The notes under the pieces were generated by a model. It ran no database searches. It saw only the letters and a list, made by a program, of their open reading frames with translations, and was not told the DNA's origin. This document shows, piece by piece, positions 50,639-63,403 of a DNA stretch of 64,000 nt. Position 1 is the first letter of the stretch. Each line of letters opens with the position of its first letter. The stretch comes from the human T2T-CHM13v2.0 reference genome, Homo sapiens: NCBI RefSeq assembly GCF_009914755.1, contig NC_060933.1. One strand, given 5' to 3'. Both the position numbers and the translations under genes were made by a program.

Positions 50639-53600
50639 TAATAATGATATCTCTTCAAGGAGACTTTGTGAGCCTCTCATAGGAAAATGCATACACAGAT
50701 GCATATAAATATATAATCTTTCTTTTCCATACATATGATATTCTTTAAGGATATTCAAAAATCTGGAAACAGTTGCCTCCAGGGAGATAAAAGGTAGTGG
50801 GTTGGGAAGCTTTTAACTGTATACGCTTTTGTACCTTTTGCATTTTGAATCAGATGAATGTATAATCTACATAAAATATTAAGATTAAAACATCACCAAA
50901 TAACTTATCAGGAGTTTGGTGAACATAAGGGAAGGACACCTATGGTGGCTGTATTTTATTCAGTGTTGGTCACTGTTGGGCACTTCATAGAGCTTATTTC
51001 ATTTCATCCTCACAAGTGCCATAGGAGGAAGGGGCCCCAGAGGGATTCATGGTTAGAATAGCAGAGTAGGAGCATTTGGCAGCTATATTCTGTGTAGGTG
51101 ATAACTTTAAAGATATTTTTGTTATAAAATGTTTCAAACATACAAAAAATATAGAGAAGCAGTTTTCTATAGTTATTAAATATTCTTAATGGGTAGTCAC
51201 AGAAATTATCATCCAAAGTGGGATATTCTTGAGAGAAAAAGGAGGTTCTATTTATAATTATGGTGGGATAACAAACTTAAGATGAACAGCTCTAGACAAA
51301 CTGGGTTGTATGGTCCCTGGAAAACAAGGATTACTGTAAATGTGAGTCCCGCCTTGTGCTTCTCTCTGTCCCACCAAGAAAATATGATCTTGATACAGAT
51401 GTTCATTGTGTCAAGGCAACCATGGCAACCATGATCTAGATACACTGTTCAAGTTTTATGCTGATCCTACCTATATATGTCTCAGGAACTTTCCAGAGTT
51501 TCCTTTGAGTGCTTCTAAATTTTGCATAAATGGTATGTTGTCCCTTGTCTCTTTTTAAAACCAGTAAGCCATTTTCCCTTATTTTCCTGGAAAATTAAAG
51601 GAACAAAGACCAGGAAATAACAATGTATTAGCTAAGGTTCTGTTGATTGAAAGCAACAGAACCTAATTCTGGCTAGCTTAAACCATGCTAGGATTTAATG
51701 AAGAATACTGCAGAATCTTAGATATCTTATGACTGGGAAAGAGGAGGTTCAGGCAGTTCCTGGGATGTCAGCAACAGGTAGCTGTCAATTAACTGCCCCC
51801 ACACCACCCACTGCTGCCGTCATCAATATAGCACACCACAATGGCTCCCAGCCTCTGTACGTCTGGGTTCCGGTGTTCAAATTCTAGAGACAGCAAGAGA
51901 AATCCCATTGAGTCAGGGATCCTTCCCTGGGTCACACTCCCTGCATATGGTCAGAAATGCAGGATTATGTACTAAAGACACAGCTAAAGAGGACCCACTT
52001 CACTGTTTTGGGACCATTTGCAGGGGAGGCAAAATTAAAGAGGTGATAACCATAAGTTTGCAGGAAAAAAAAAAATTGGAGAAGAGAAGGATAACACTAT
52101 GCTACAGTTTCTTCTGAAAATGGACGAAGGGAATAGCATTTCCATTTGGAAATTCTCTCCTGGCATTTCAATATTTATGGATTCTGAATTCTGAGAAAAA
52201 TCAGTTGAGAAATTAGGAAAATGGGAAGGAACATTCTAATTTTCCTGTGAAAATTACAGCTTAATAGTCAGTATAGAGAACTTACTGGCTTGAAGAAATG
52301 CACTGACTTCAAGTCAAGCAAGATGAGGAAGCACTGACACGTGGAGATGAAAGTTAAGGTGAACAGGACAGGAGCAGTAATGGAGCCTCAGTCACACTTT
52401 CTTGTATCTGTTGCTGTGTTATAAGTGTGTGTTCATGGCCTTGTCCACTGCTAACAGTGAATCATTTCTGCAAATAAATATTAATGTGTTCGTAGGCATA
52501 GTATATGTTTTACAAATCCTATGAGAGGTTTTTTAAGAAATGCCAAGTTTTAGAAACAAAATATGCCCTTAAATCGGCAATTTTGACAGTTGCTTCTTTC
52601 TAGTGCTATTCGTCTTGCCAGGAGATCAGAATGTTATGTTATTTAAATGGTATTGGAGGGGATGATTGATGCCTTGTTTAACAATGTCATGTAAACAATG
52701 ATTAAAGCATTAAGTATTTGTGGTGTTACCTTTCAATCTTTAAAGGACTTTTCTTTAGCATTTATTTTGTGATAATATTCATTTCTTTTTAATGTTTTCT
52801 CTATTAATGCTATTGGATTTTATAATCTTGTTACAATATGTTGGCTCATAATAATAATAAATCATCATTTGTTATCATATCTTTTTAAAACAGAAGACTA
52901 CTAAAACTTTTCATATAATCCTGTTACAGAAAAAAAACGACTATTTGCTTGTTATTATAGTCACTTATTATTTTTCAAAAACTTGTAAGTGAAGTGTTAT
53001 GAAAATCATATGAATTTGGGAATTCCCAAGCATTCTCAGAAATTCTATTTCCTTGTTCCCAAATCCCAATGATTAATATCTGCCAGGAGTCGGAAAACAG
53101 TGAAAGGAAGTAACATCCTATGTTGGATACCTGGTAGGGTTAGTGAAGAAACGTTATTGCTGAGCTCTGTGTTACGCTCACAAATGATGCCATTGAGGAA
53201 GTCACACTTGTTGAAAGGAACGCAGATACACAAAGAGTTTTGCTGCTGTCTGTTGGATAAGAACCCCCTGGTCGATTTCAGCTCCTACTGCAAGTTAGAA
53301 AAATCAATCCAATGATAAATGAAAAGTGACCAGTGTGCTGGGAAATAACTTATTTTTTGGCTTCAGAGGAAATTTTAGAAACAGTGCCAAGTGAAACGTA
53401 AAAACAAACTATGAAGACGTTCATGAATTTCCCTCTGAAGCTGACAGCCGTATTTTAGCAGATGGAACTCCTACTATTAGCCCAACTCTTGGGTTGAAAC
53501 AGTGTGTCCAGGAAACCCTATGTTAAAATGCAATGTGTTGGGGATATTGTTCCTCTATTTGCTTGAGTTAATTTTCAAATTAGTGTACTCTTGCTTAGCT

Positions 53601-54460
53601 GTGCTCTGAGGGAATGAACAAAAGATTGGTAAACTCTGATGGAGAACACTGGTCAGGCAGGGCACATAGAATCCCTGGGGATGGTGGTTCCTGACAAATG
53701 GGGGAGGAGGACCTGAGCCAGGCTTGGGCTGGGCTGGAGGAACATGAAGATGGGATCTACTCACAACCCCCAAAACTGAGGGCTCCTGATAACACATTAT
53801 TTCACCCTCAGCCATGCAAGTTCATTATTTTTATGGATAAAATAGCTTTAAAAAACTAATTTACATTGAAATGTTAAAATATTTATATAGAGATTAGAAA
53901 TATTTATATAGAGATTATTGGGAATCCCCTCCTAAAGCCCAAACATAAAAACTACCAAAAAAAAAAAAAAAATTCCGTGTAGGCTAAGATTGCAAATGAC
54001 TGATGGAATGTAATTTAAATTAAACATGGAAAATATATTTCCTCTTTAATAAAGATCTAAATTCTATTCTTTTTAGGAGCCTTCAGAAATGAAATTCAAC
54101 TATTAAAAAAAGTATAGAGAAGCCTTTAGAAAAGAAACTTTTCTTTTGCTGTATTATATAATAAAGAACTTTGATGAGAATAGTTCTAAAGTGTTTAATA
54201 ATCGATTACACTGATGTTTCTAGGTATTGTGGGGAACACCTAGAAATTAAATCTTCATCTTTGGCAGATCAGAGGCCTATTAATTTTAGGTAAAACAATT
54301 AAAATCTGCTTTTAATAAATCACAAATTTTGCAAGTTAGCCATTAATAGTAAGCGCTTTTCAAAGTTGGGCCCAATACATGAAAAAGCCAGAAAAACATA
54401 CCTGCATTAGTTTTGCCCATCACCTTCTTAGGAGATTTATTAACAGCATTCAATATTTTA

Positions 54461-54600
<140 letters not shown>

Positions 54601-54924
54601 TTTAGGTATCCTGTGGCTACCTCCAAAAACAAACTCTAGAGGAACTGAATTTTTTTTTTATTTCATGTGTTGGGATAATGGCTTCTTTTGCAGTTACTTA
54701 TGAAGAATTTAAGGGTCAGTAAAAATATTTTTTCATCCTTAATAACATGAATTCTCTAATTTGTATGTGATATAATGCTAGATATTGTGCCAAAAGTGTT
54801 ACATAGACATAATCCATGCCCATTTTCAAAGATAATACTAATATAGAGAATAAGAATCATTATTATTGTAGTAATTATTATTTTAGTAATAGTAGTAATA
54901 ATCAAAACAATTACATCAAACACT

Positions 54925-55110
54925 TATTAAACCCTTATTATGTGACAGGTACTGTGTAAGCAATCTCCACATATTAGCTCCTTAAATGTGATCACTAACC
55001 CCATGAGGTAGGTAGCATTATGTCCGTTTTATAGATGCAGAAACTGAGCTTTGAAGAGGGAAAGCAACTTGCCCAAGGCCATGCAGGCAGTCATTGATAA
55101 GGGTGGGAAG
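54925..55110 (-). mobile_element. MIR
   Basis: AACCCCATGAGGTAGGTAGCATTATGTCCGTTTTATAGATGCAGAAACTGAG. Confidence 0.75.
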
Positions 55111-56673
55111 CGAGAAGTTGAAGTCTGAGATGTAAGTTCACAGACACGAGTACGCAAACGTGTACAAGATACTCGTATGACATGTGGGGTTGCTTGAAAT
55201 ATGTAATTGACTTTCCCCAGCACAAGAAAGTGTTTGGACAGATTTCAAAGGGATCTAACACTTCCTCAGAGGACTGCCCTACGACATTTTTCCGTGTGCT
55301 TTTCTGCCTCTTGTCCTATACTTTTGGCATTTTTTCTGCTCTTAGAGGCAATGAGTCAACAGCATATTTTTAGCACCTCCTGTGTGCATAGAAGTGGCCC
55401 CTAACTCAATGGGAGTGTATAACTACCATGGGCCAAATCAGTGTGCTTTCCTGTCAGCCAGGGGATTATAGAAGAACACGCTCCCCTGATTCCAACAGAA
55501 CTTGCTGCCACTCTGATGTCTTCATTGTAAGGCCTCTAAATGAATGTTCAAGAAATTCCTGTTAAAGGCACGTGTCATATGTGTAACTTGTAAACATTTG
55601 TGTACTTGTCTCTGTGTCCTTACACCTCAGGCTTCAACTCTTGTTTTTACCTTTATCAATGACTACCTGTGTGCTGTGTGGCTTTGGACCAATTGCTCAC
55701 CCCCTCTAAAGCTCAGTTTCTGCACCTGTAAAATGGATATAATGCCATATATACATAGATATAGATATACATACACAAATATATATACACACATATATAT
55801 GTGTGTATATACATATATATATAATATACAAACTGAAATATATAGTTATATAAATATTTCAGTTTAAGTTTCAAAAATCACTGGAGGGTATTTTTATAAT
55901 ACCCTTCGGCAATTTTACCTGCTGCCTTTGCACATTCTGGTGAATTTCTAAATGGAAGTCTGATAGAGATTAATCTTTTAATGCATCATAAATAAAAAAG
56001 AAAATCACAGAATGATGTAGCTGGAGAGGACCCTGGGGATCTAAAGTGTTTCATGAGAGATTAATGTCCTTGATCTGTTTGTAAGTGTTTTGGAAAAATC
56101 TTCCATGGTCAAATAAAACTTGGCAATGTTGGATTAAAGTTAAATAGGTTTTTTTTCCGGCAGAACTTCATAGTCTTTAATATGCTAATGTGTTTTGTGA
56201 ATCTACAAGGAATGAAGTGTTTCAATACTTATTTTACCCAGATTCTCATTTTGGGACAGGCTGGTCAAGCTGAGTCAGCTAGTATATTCTCTAGATGGAG
56301 ATGATGGCTGATGCCTTTTTGAGAGCAAGAGAGTCCCCAGGGGAAGCAAGGGTATATCAGTTGCTCCTATTTCATGCCAAGGATCCTCAGTCTTTAGAGG
56401 CTCAGAGAAGGCTGAAAGGCTACTCTAGGCTATCAGGGCTACCATTCATTGTGACCCATGCTACAGAGAAGCTTTGAGCTCAGTGCAAATGAGTGACCAG
56501 CCCTTGAGAATCAGGAAAATTTATTTATTCCTGACCTAGTCCACTGAGGACATACAAGGAATGGGGCAGGGGAGTGTCACCAGCTTTGGTTACAAGCTAG
56601 TCTGATTCTCTTTCGTTAAGAAAACTGGTCCCTGTGAGTTTAGATTGGGAAGCACCAGGTTAAAAAATTTTTA

Positions 56674-56747
56674 GGCCAGGAGTGGTGGCCACTGTACTCC
56701 AGCCTGGGTGACAGAGTGAGAATCTGTCTTAAAAAAAAAAAAAAAAA
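56674..56747 (+). mobile_element. internally collapsed Alu
   Basis: GGCCAGGAGTGGTGGC fused to CCACTGTACTCCAGCCTGGGTGACAGAGTGAGA + A tail. Confidence 0.75.
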
Positions 56748-58169
56748 GTTAAGTGATGTCTTCTGTTGAGGACCTCTCAGAACTTTTAATATGAAAGTGT
56801 GCATTGTGAAGAATGGGAGTAGAGTGTACAGGAGTTTTAAAAGCTACTTGGTCATGAAACTCTTGCTTTGTGCAGGATTCGAGGGGCACTAACATTCTGA
56901 GGAAAATATTTTGGGAAACATTGATCTAATCCAAACTTCTCATTTTACCAGCAAACAACTGTGGGGCCCTCTAAGTTTCCTTTCTCCATCATTGTGACAA
57001 ATTCATTGGAATTAATTCAATTAAACCTGGGGTCAGCTTTGAAGAGATTTATTTAGCAGGTAAATCTGTTTTGTACATTTTGAGGGAGTTCTGAGTTTCC
57101 ATAGTCAAAAACCACAGATCAATTTAACCAACCTTTATGGAATATCACCTATGGCCCAAAGACCCTTTAGCTACAGTGATGGTCTACGAAAATATAAACT
57201 GTAATTCTTGCAATACAGGAGATGAGTAATAATGGTAAATATAATGATGATGACATCATGAATAGCTAACATTTATTGAATGCCTTTCTATTAGTCAGGC
57301 ACTTTACTAAGTATTTTAATCCTCCCAACAATTTATGAGGTAGGGATTATAATAATTCCCATCTTATAGTGAGGACACTGAGGTTAGGAAATTATCCTAG
57401 CCTAAATGTTAAGTATAAGCATGAATAGAAAGGTGTTATCAGCCTATAAGACATTCCTTTATGAGTGATACAAAGTCCTATATAAATTCAGAGAAAAGAA
57501 AAGTGGTTTTAGAAATCCTTGATCAGTGAGTGTGAAGCACGTGGTGGCCCGGTTACTGTTTGGTTGCCCATCTGTCCTCCCTCTGGGGATCAGCACCCCC
57601 TTACTTTGGAAGAATTGTTTTCCTTTTCACTGTAAGGTTCTTTCTGGCTATGCGGTGGGGCACATTGCCTCAAACTAGCCCTGTTCCAGTCTTTGAGAAC
57701 CTTGAAATTGGAACCAAGGGAAGAGGATTGCCTCTTGAATGGTAATTCTCTGAAATCTAGTCTGAGGTGCTGGTGCTTAATCCCTGGGTCTGTGGAAGGA
57801 GCTGGGCTGTGAGAGGGGAGAATGATGTTGATGTCAAGAGAGAGGCAGGTGCTAGGAGCAGAGAGATGGAGGCCTGGAGAGTTTCTGGGCTTCTCTGAGG
57901 CTTAGGGTTTGGATCATTGTCTTTGTTACTGGAACAAAGGATTTACCATACCTGCTCTTCTGGGAATGAAACTGTCCTGCTTTGCAAAATAAAGTGTCAT
58001 TAGAAAGAGATCTTAAAAACCCCACACCATAGACAGGTGCACAGATCCCTAGAAGTGTTAAAGTTCTGTCTGTTGGATGCTAAGCCAAGACTCTTAAGTA
58101 TGTTCTAAAGAGAAACTGGTGTGTGTAGGCTGTGCACTCCCAGGGAGATAAAAAGTTAGGAACTTTATG

Positions 58170-58410
58170 GGTTGGGCTTGGTGGCTCACACCTGTAATCC
58201 CAGCACTGTGGGAGGCTAAAGTGGGCAGATTGATTGAGCTGAGGAGTTCGAGACCAGCCTAGGCAACATGGTGAAACCCCATGTCTACAAAAACTACAAA
58301 AATTAGCTGGGCGTGGTGGCATGTACCTGTAGGCGGGAGGATCGCTTGAGCCCAAGAGGGAGAGGGTGCAGTGAGCCATGATTGTGCCACTGCACTCCAC
58401 CTGGGTGACA
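58170..58410 (+). mobile_element. tail-less AluJ
   Basis: Alu body ends at CTGGGTGACA; direct repeat AGGAACTTTATGGG at 58158-58171 and 58410-58423. Confidence 0.8.
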
Positions 58411-58499
58411 GGAACTTTATGGGGAATGGGATCTTGGAGACTGAGTAGAGACTAGAGGAAAAAAAAAAAAAAACTACCTCCCCAACTGGCCACACTATT

Positions 58500-58810
58500 C
58501 TTTTAAAAAAATGTTAATTGACAAATTAAAATTGTATGTATTTACGGAGGTATAATGTGATGTTATGATATATGTATACATTGTGGAATAATTAAATCCA
58601 GAGAATTAATAGATTCATCACCTCAAAACCTATCTTTTTTGTGGTGAGAACATTTGAAATTTATTGTCTTAGCAATTTTGAAATACACAATACTTCATTG
58701 TTAACTACAGTCACCATGCTGTGCTGTAGATCTCAACAAAATATATTCTTCCTGTCTCAACTAAAACACTGTACTCTTTGACAACATTTCCCCATTCCTC
58801 TCACCCCCTC
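58500..58810 (-). mobile_element. L1MA-like 3' end
   Basis: AATTGTATGTATTTA..GTGATGTTATGATATATGTATACATTGTGGAATAATTAAATC..GTGGTGAGAACATTTGAAAT. Confidence 0.8.
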
Positions 58811-59842
58811 CAAAAACACCCATTCTTTATGTTGAAGAGAATGGCTAAAAAGTCCCAGCAGGTTTCAACTGACGGCTTCAGTGGTTTTCCCATCACACTT
58901 CAATGTTATTAATAAAAAGGGGAGGGGCAATACATAATTCGGACAGGCTGAAAGTACCATTGTAACCACTTTCTTGACTTCACAGAAAAAGTCCTCTTGT
59001 TTTCATCTGTAAAATGGGAACTGCGTGAATACCATTCTTCTTTTCTTCAGCCTCCAAAGAAAAAACAGATGCAAAGCCTTTTATCAATTGCAAAACAGTA
59101 TACAATGTGTGTTATTACTCACAGTTGTCTTACTGTGACCAAACACTTTATAAGCCTGCTGCAAGTCAGCCTTACTCTCAGGAAGTGGACAATATTTGGG
59201 GAAGGAGAAGCAGCAGGATATTTCAGGACAGTAGCCTTGGTGGGTCCAAAAATTCATTGAGAGAAATGGGAGATAGAACTTTCTTCCTGCTTTGGGTTTT
59301 ATCCTGTTAGTCTTTTCTCTCTTCACTCCTATTTTCTATGGAGAATTTCCTGGTTTTGGAGTTTGGGTGCGTTTTATGGAGAGGAGGCAGAAAATCTTTA
59401 GCTCCAGCAGAATGAAAGGATACATGCAAAGGAACCTAGCACAGTATCTGGTACCCAGTTCTCCTTTAACTTGGCTTTATTCATTCACTCCTGGTAGGGC
59501 ATTAATAAGGGATTTAGCCCCCTCCTATTGAAGACGATTAATTCAGGGAAGAGTTCAGACAGTGTGGACAGATACAGTGTAGGACAAGCCTGTTTCTAAG
59601 GCAGGAGCTGGGTAGGGAGGGTGAGAAGGGCGAGAAGAATAGGGAGATATGTGTCATCTGTGTTGCTGCTGTTGCAACCACCACAACAAACAAGCAAGTG
59701 AAAAAAAAAAAAAATTGTCCATACCGGAAAGTGTGCTGTTTTGGAGGAGGCTGGGGAAAGTGTGGATGGCTTGAGTGGGTCCTGTTGGATTGAAGTCTGA
59801 CAGTGGTGATTCCCTTCAACAAATGGTCGGGGTGGGAGGGTA

Positions 59843-59845
<3 letters not shown>

Positions 59846-59886
<41 letters not shown>
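59846..59886. repeat. (AC)20 microsatellite
   Basis: direct read. Confidence 0.95.
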
Positions 59887-59887
<1 letters not shown>

Positions 59888-60039
59888 CACGCAGCGCCCA
59901 GCCTCCGATTTCAGCGCTGGCAGGAGATAACCATTCTTAGCTCGCCTTTCCAGGGTTATTTTTGGCTGAGGCTGTTCGCTGATGGCAAAAGGTTTCAGCC
60001 CCCTCCCAAATCCCTCCCCGTCCTTGTTCTAAAGAGAAA

Positions 60040-61100
60040 CTGGTGCGCACTCCCAAGGAGATAGGGAGACGGGCCGGGCGCCGGAGAGGAACCCGGACTC
60101 TGCCCAAAGTCTCGCCGCCCGCCGGCTGTTTTCTGGCGGAGGGTGTGTCCCGGAGGGCGGCGAGCGCGGGTGAAGGCTGGGGCCAGGCGCGGGTGGAGGC
60201 GTCACCGGGGTCGGGCTAGCAGGCCCTGGAATCAGGCTTTTGGGACATCCCGAAAGTGAGTCCAACTTGGGGAGAAACTGAGGGCACCTCGGGCGGTCTG
60301 GCAGCGGAGAAGGTGGGCGGGAGAAAACTTTACAGGAAGGCAGAAGCAATCTCTGCCGAGGGAGTCAGCGAGCGGCCGCGCGGAGAGGAGGGGCGGGCGG
60401 TCCCCAGGCGGGCGGGCGCAGGGCGCAGGGCGCCGACCTGCTGGAGAGGGGGCCCCGGGCGCGAGGCGGAGTCCCGGCGCGCAGCCAGGCTGGTGGGGGC
60501 CCCCGGCAGGCTGCAGATTCCCTCCGGCTCCGGGAGCCGCAGCAGGACCGGCCAGGAGGCGCCATAGAGGGGAGCCCCATCCCGGTGCTGACAGTGCCCA
60601 CCGCGCCCTACGAGGACCAGCGGCCGTCCGGCGGCGGGGGTCTGCGGCGACCCACCGGCCTCTTCGAGGGCCAGCGCAACTACCTGCCCAACTTTATCCA
60701 GAGCGTGCTGTCGTCCATCGACCTGCGCGACCGTCAGGGCTGCACCATGGTGGTGGGCAGCGACGGCAGGTACTTTAGCAGGACGGCCATCGAGATCGTG
60801 GTGCAGATGGCCGCGGCCAACGGGGTGAGTGTCCGGATGCCCTTCGCTTCCCGCTGCGCCGTCGCCATGCCCTCTCCTAGCCCTTGTCCCCCTGCTGCCT
60901 CCGGGCCCAGTTGGGAGGCCCCTGCCCGGCCCCAGCTTTGCTACCTCACTCCCACGTCCTCACCCTCCAGCGCCCCACTCCCGCCGCGCTCGCAGCCTCC
61001 CCGGCGCACCCCGGACACTGGGTTCTATTAGTACCCACCGCCCCCAAAAGCCTTGAGGGGTTTCCGTCGTTCCTGGAGCCACTCCGGGCGCCCTGGACTC
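60040..61100. promoter_or_regulatory. PGM5-paralog CpG island promoter
   Basis: CpG-dense, multiple GGGCGG boxes at ~60391-60416, encloses exon 1. Confidence 0.85.
60564..60824 (+). pseudogene. PGM5P2: PGM5 (aciculin) paralog exon 1 with ATG>ATA start loss
   Basis: GGCGCC-ATA-GAGGGGAGCCCC then EGSPIPVLTVPTAPYEDQRPSGGGGLRRPTGLFEGQRNYLPNFIQSVLSSIDLRDRQGCTMVVGSDGRYFSRTAIEIVVQMAAANG|gtgagt; 261 bp; exact paralog name inferred. Confidence 0.85.
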
Positions 61101-61348
61101 TTCTCTGACTCTGCGCACATCCCGCACCTGCTCATTTTTCTTTCGGACATTCTCTTACCCGGCCCTGTAGATTCCAAGGCAGCTCCCAGTTTTCCATATT
61201 GTTCCCAACGCGTTCACTGCCCACAGTCCCCACACAAACTTCTTTCGCAGGCTCACAACATAGTCCTTCTGCCCCGTGCCCTTTTTGCAATAATCTGCCA
61301 GTCCCCTAAGTCTTAGCTCTGCCTATTTAACAGTAGTGGTGTGTCAGA

Positions 61349-61376
61349 ACACACACACACACACACACACACACAC
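61349..61376. repeat. (AC)14 microsatellite
   Basis: direct read. Confidence 0.95.
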
Positions 61377-63124
61377 GATCCCTGACATATTTGGCAAGAG
61401 CAGGCCCTGAAGGTTTTTAATATTTTGGTTCTTTAACCCAGTGGAATTACTGAATGATTTATTTAATTAGGGTAGGGATGGAGTGGATCCATTTGTTTGA
61501 TGCTAAACAGCCTGAGCTCGCAGTTCCCAGGGGGCATATCTCTAAATGGTCTGAAATGAGATTTGCAGTGGTTTTCTTAATGCAATTCCCAACTTCTCTC
61601 CAAATGCCTTTTTGACATTTGACAACATTTCATGCCTCTTCCCCTTTCGGTTTTCATCCTTGTTTTCTCTCCCTTCTCCCACGAACTCGGTAGTCTTCTG
61701 CAATCCAGATTCTCAGACTTCGGGTTTTTCTCCCTCTGCCCCTTTCCTCTCTGTCCTATAACTAGAAGCACCTTTTGGCATAGACCCATATCCCAGTTTC
61801 CTCTTTCCCAGGTCCAGCAGCATCTCAAGGACATCTACAAGAGGGATACCTAATTTCAGGGGTCTCTGAATTATATGTGGGAAACATCGTCTAAAAAAGT
61901 AATTTTATCCTTATTCATGCAACCAGACCCACACTCATAGAACTTTTCTTTAAGGGGAGTGTCTTGCAGATGTATAAATGAGTGTTAACATCTTTAAAAG
62001 CGAAACTGAACAATTCCCTGGCATTTGAATTCCCTCCTTCCTTCCCAACCCTCTCCTTTTCATTTTCTCATTTATTATTAAAAACAATTTTAAAGGATTT
62101 CCATGCTTCATATTTATCTACTATAATTCCTCCTTCTCGGTGTTGCAGGGATGGGGAAAGAGGATTTTTTTAAAAACACAATAAAAAGCAATTGGGAGAA
62201 ACAGGGCCAGTGGTGTTGGGGTGGGTAGTGGAATTGTGATTTTTGACTCCAGTAGACAATGATGCTGGATATATGGGGTTTGATTTCTCTCTGGCTCCTC
62301 ACTTGGGATTGATGAAGTTTGGCTAGAATCAGGGAGTTGAAGAGAGGTTGACAAATGGTCTTTCATATTTTTTGAAGCTACGGTTGTTGATTTGCATGGG
62401 AAAATTATTATGTCTTATTATTTCTTGTCCCACTTTACCATAAGGGCTCCTCAGCTTCTTACTTCAATGGGCCTTCTATGACAAACACACTTTATTAACT
62501 CTAAGAGTGGAATTTATTTTAACAGATAATTAGCATAGGTCAATATATGCTTAAAATAGAGTCAAATTAAACCTACTAGCTGTTATAAAGGACAGATGAC
62601 AAATTAAAATCCACATAGAAGCATCGACTCTTAAAGAATCTGAAAGTACTACTTCTAAGAGGGGTGGGCATGGGTGAAGGGAATGGTGGACATGTTTCAG
62701 AATTTCAAACAGCCAACTTTAACCAATCTTTTCCTCATTTTGTTCACCTTCTTGGGGGCTTATGCTAAAGTGAAGTGAATAGCCATAAGGCTGGCTTCAG
62801 GAGAAAGGTGGTCTAAAAGAACTGGATAATTATAAGCAAAATTGGTCTTGAATGATTGAAAATTGATGAGAATGTGCTTGTCTCCTGATTTGGCATTCTG
62901 AGTTAGACTCAGGAATACTGAACTTGGATCCCAAAGGCTTTGGTCTTTTTTGATATCCTATTGGATAATCATAAGCAGGCTAGAAAAATAGAAAACTAGA
63001 ATTTATTATTTTTGAACTGACAAATCTGACCAGTGGGCTGCATTCTCTATATCTGAACAATCTTGGTTTTGATGGAAAAAGTTAATTTTAAAAAGCAATT
63101 TTCATTTTTTAAATTAAATTTCAT

Positions 63125-63403
63125 TTTTTTTTGAGACAGGGTCTCACTTTGTTGCCCAGGCTGGAGTGCAATGGCACAGTCTTGGCTCACTGTAGCCTTG
63201 ACCTCCCCAGATTCAGGTGATCTTCCCACCTCAGCCTCCTGAGTAGCTGGGGCTATAGGTGCATGCCACTATGCACAGCTTATTTTTGTGTTTTTACTAC
63301 TCATAGGGTTTCTCTGTGTTGCCCAGTCTAGTCTCAAACTCCTGATCTCAAGAGATCTGCCTGCCTTGGCCTCCTGAAGTGTCATGAACCACCATGCCCA
63401 GCC
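63125..63403 (-). mobile_element. AluJ in PGM5P intron 1
   Basis: T tail, GAGACAGGGTCTCAC...CCACCATGCCCAGCC. Confidence 0.85.

Noticed and set aside
53877-53917. 21-bp tandem duplication AAATATTTATATAGAGATTA
   Set aside because: Ordinary slippage in AT-rich DNA
60564-60824. Calling this the functional PGM5 gene
   Set aside because: Initiator reads ATA; RPSGGGG differs from recalled PGM5 RPAGGGG
60585-61031. 148-aa ORF as a complete PGM5-like protein
   Set aside because: Homology stops at the GTGAGT donor (60825); remainder is intron read-through and start is GTG
61385-61394. CArG-like ACATATTTGG near a muscle-gene promoter
   Set aside because: One mismatch from CC(A/T)6GG; chance-level without conservation data
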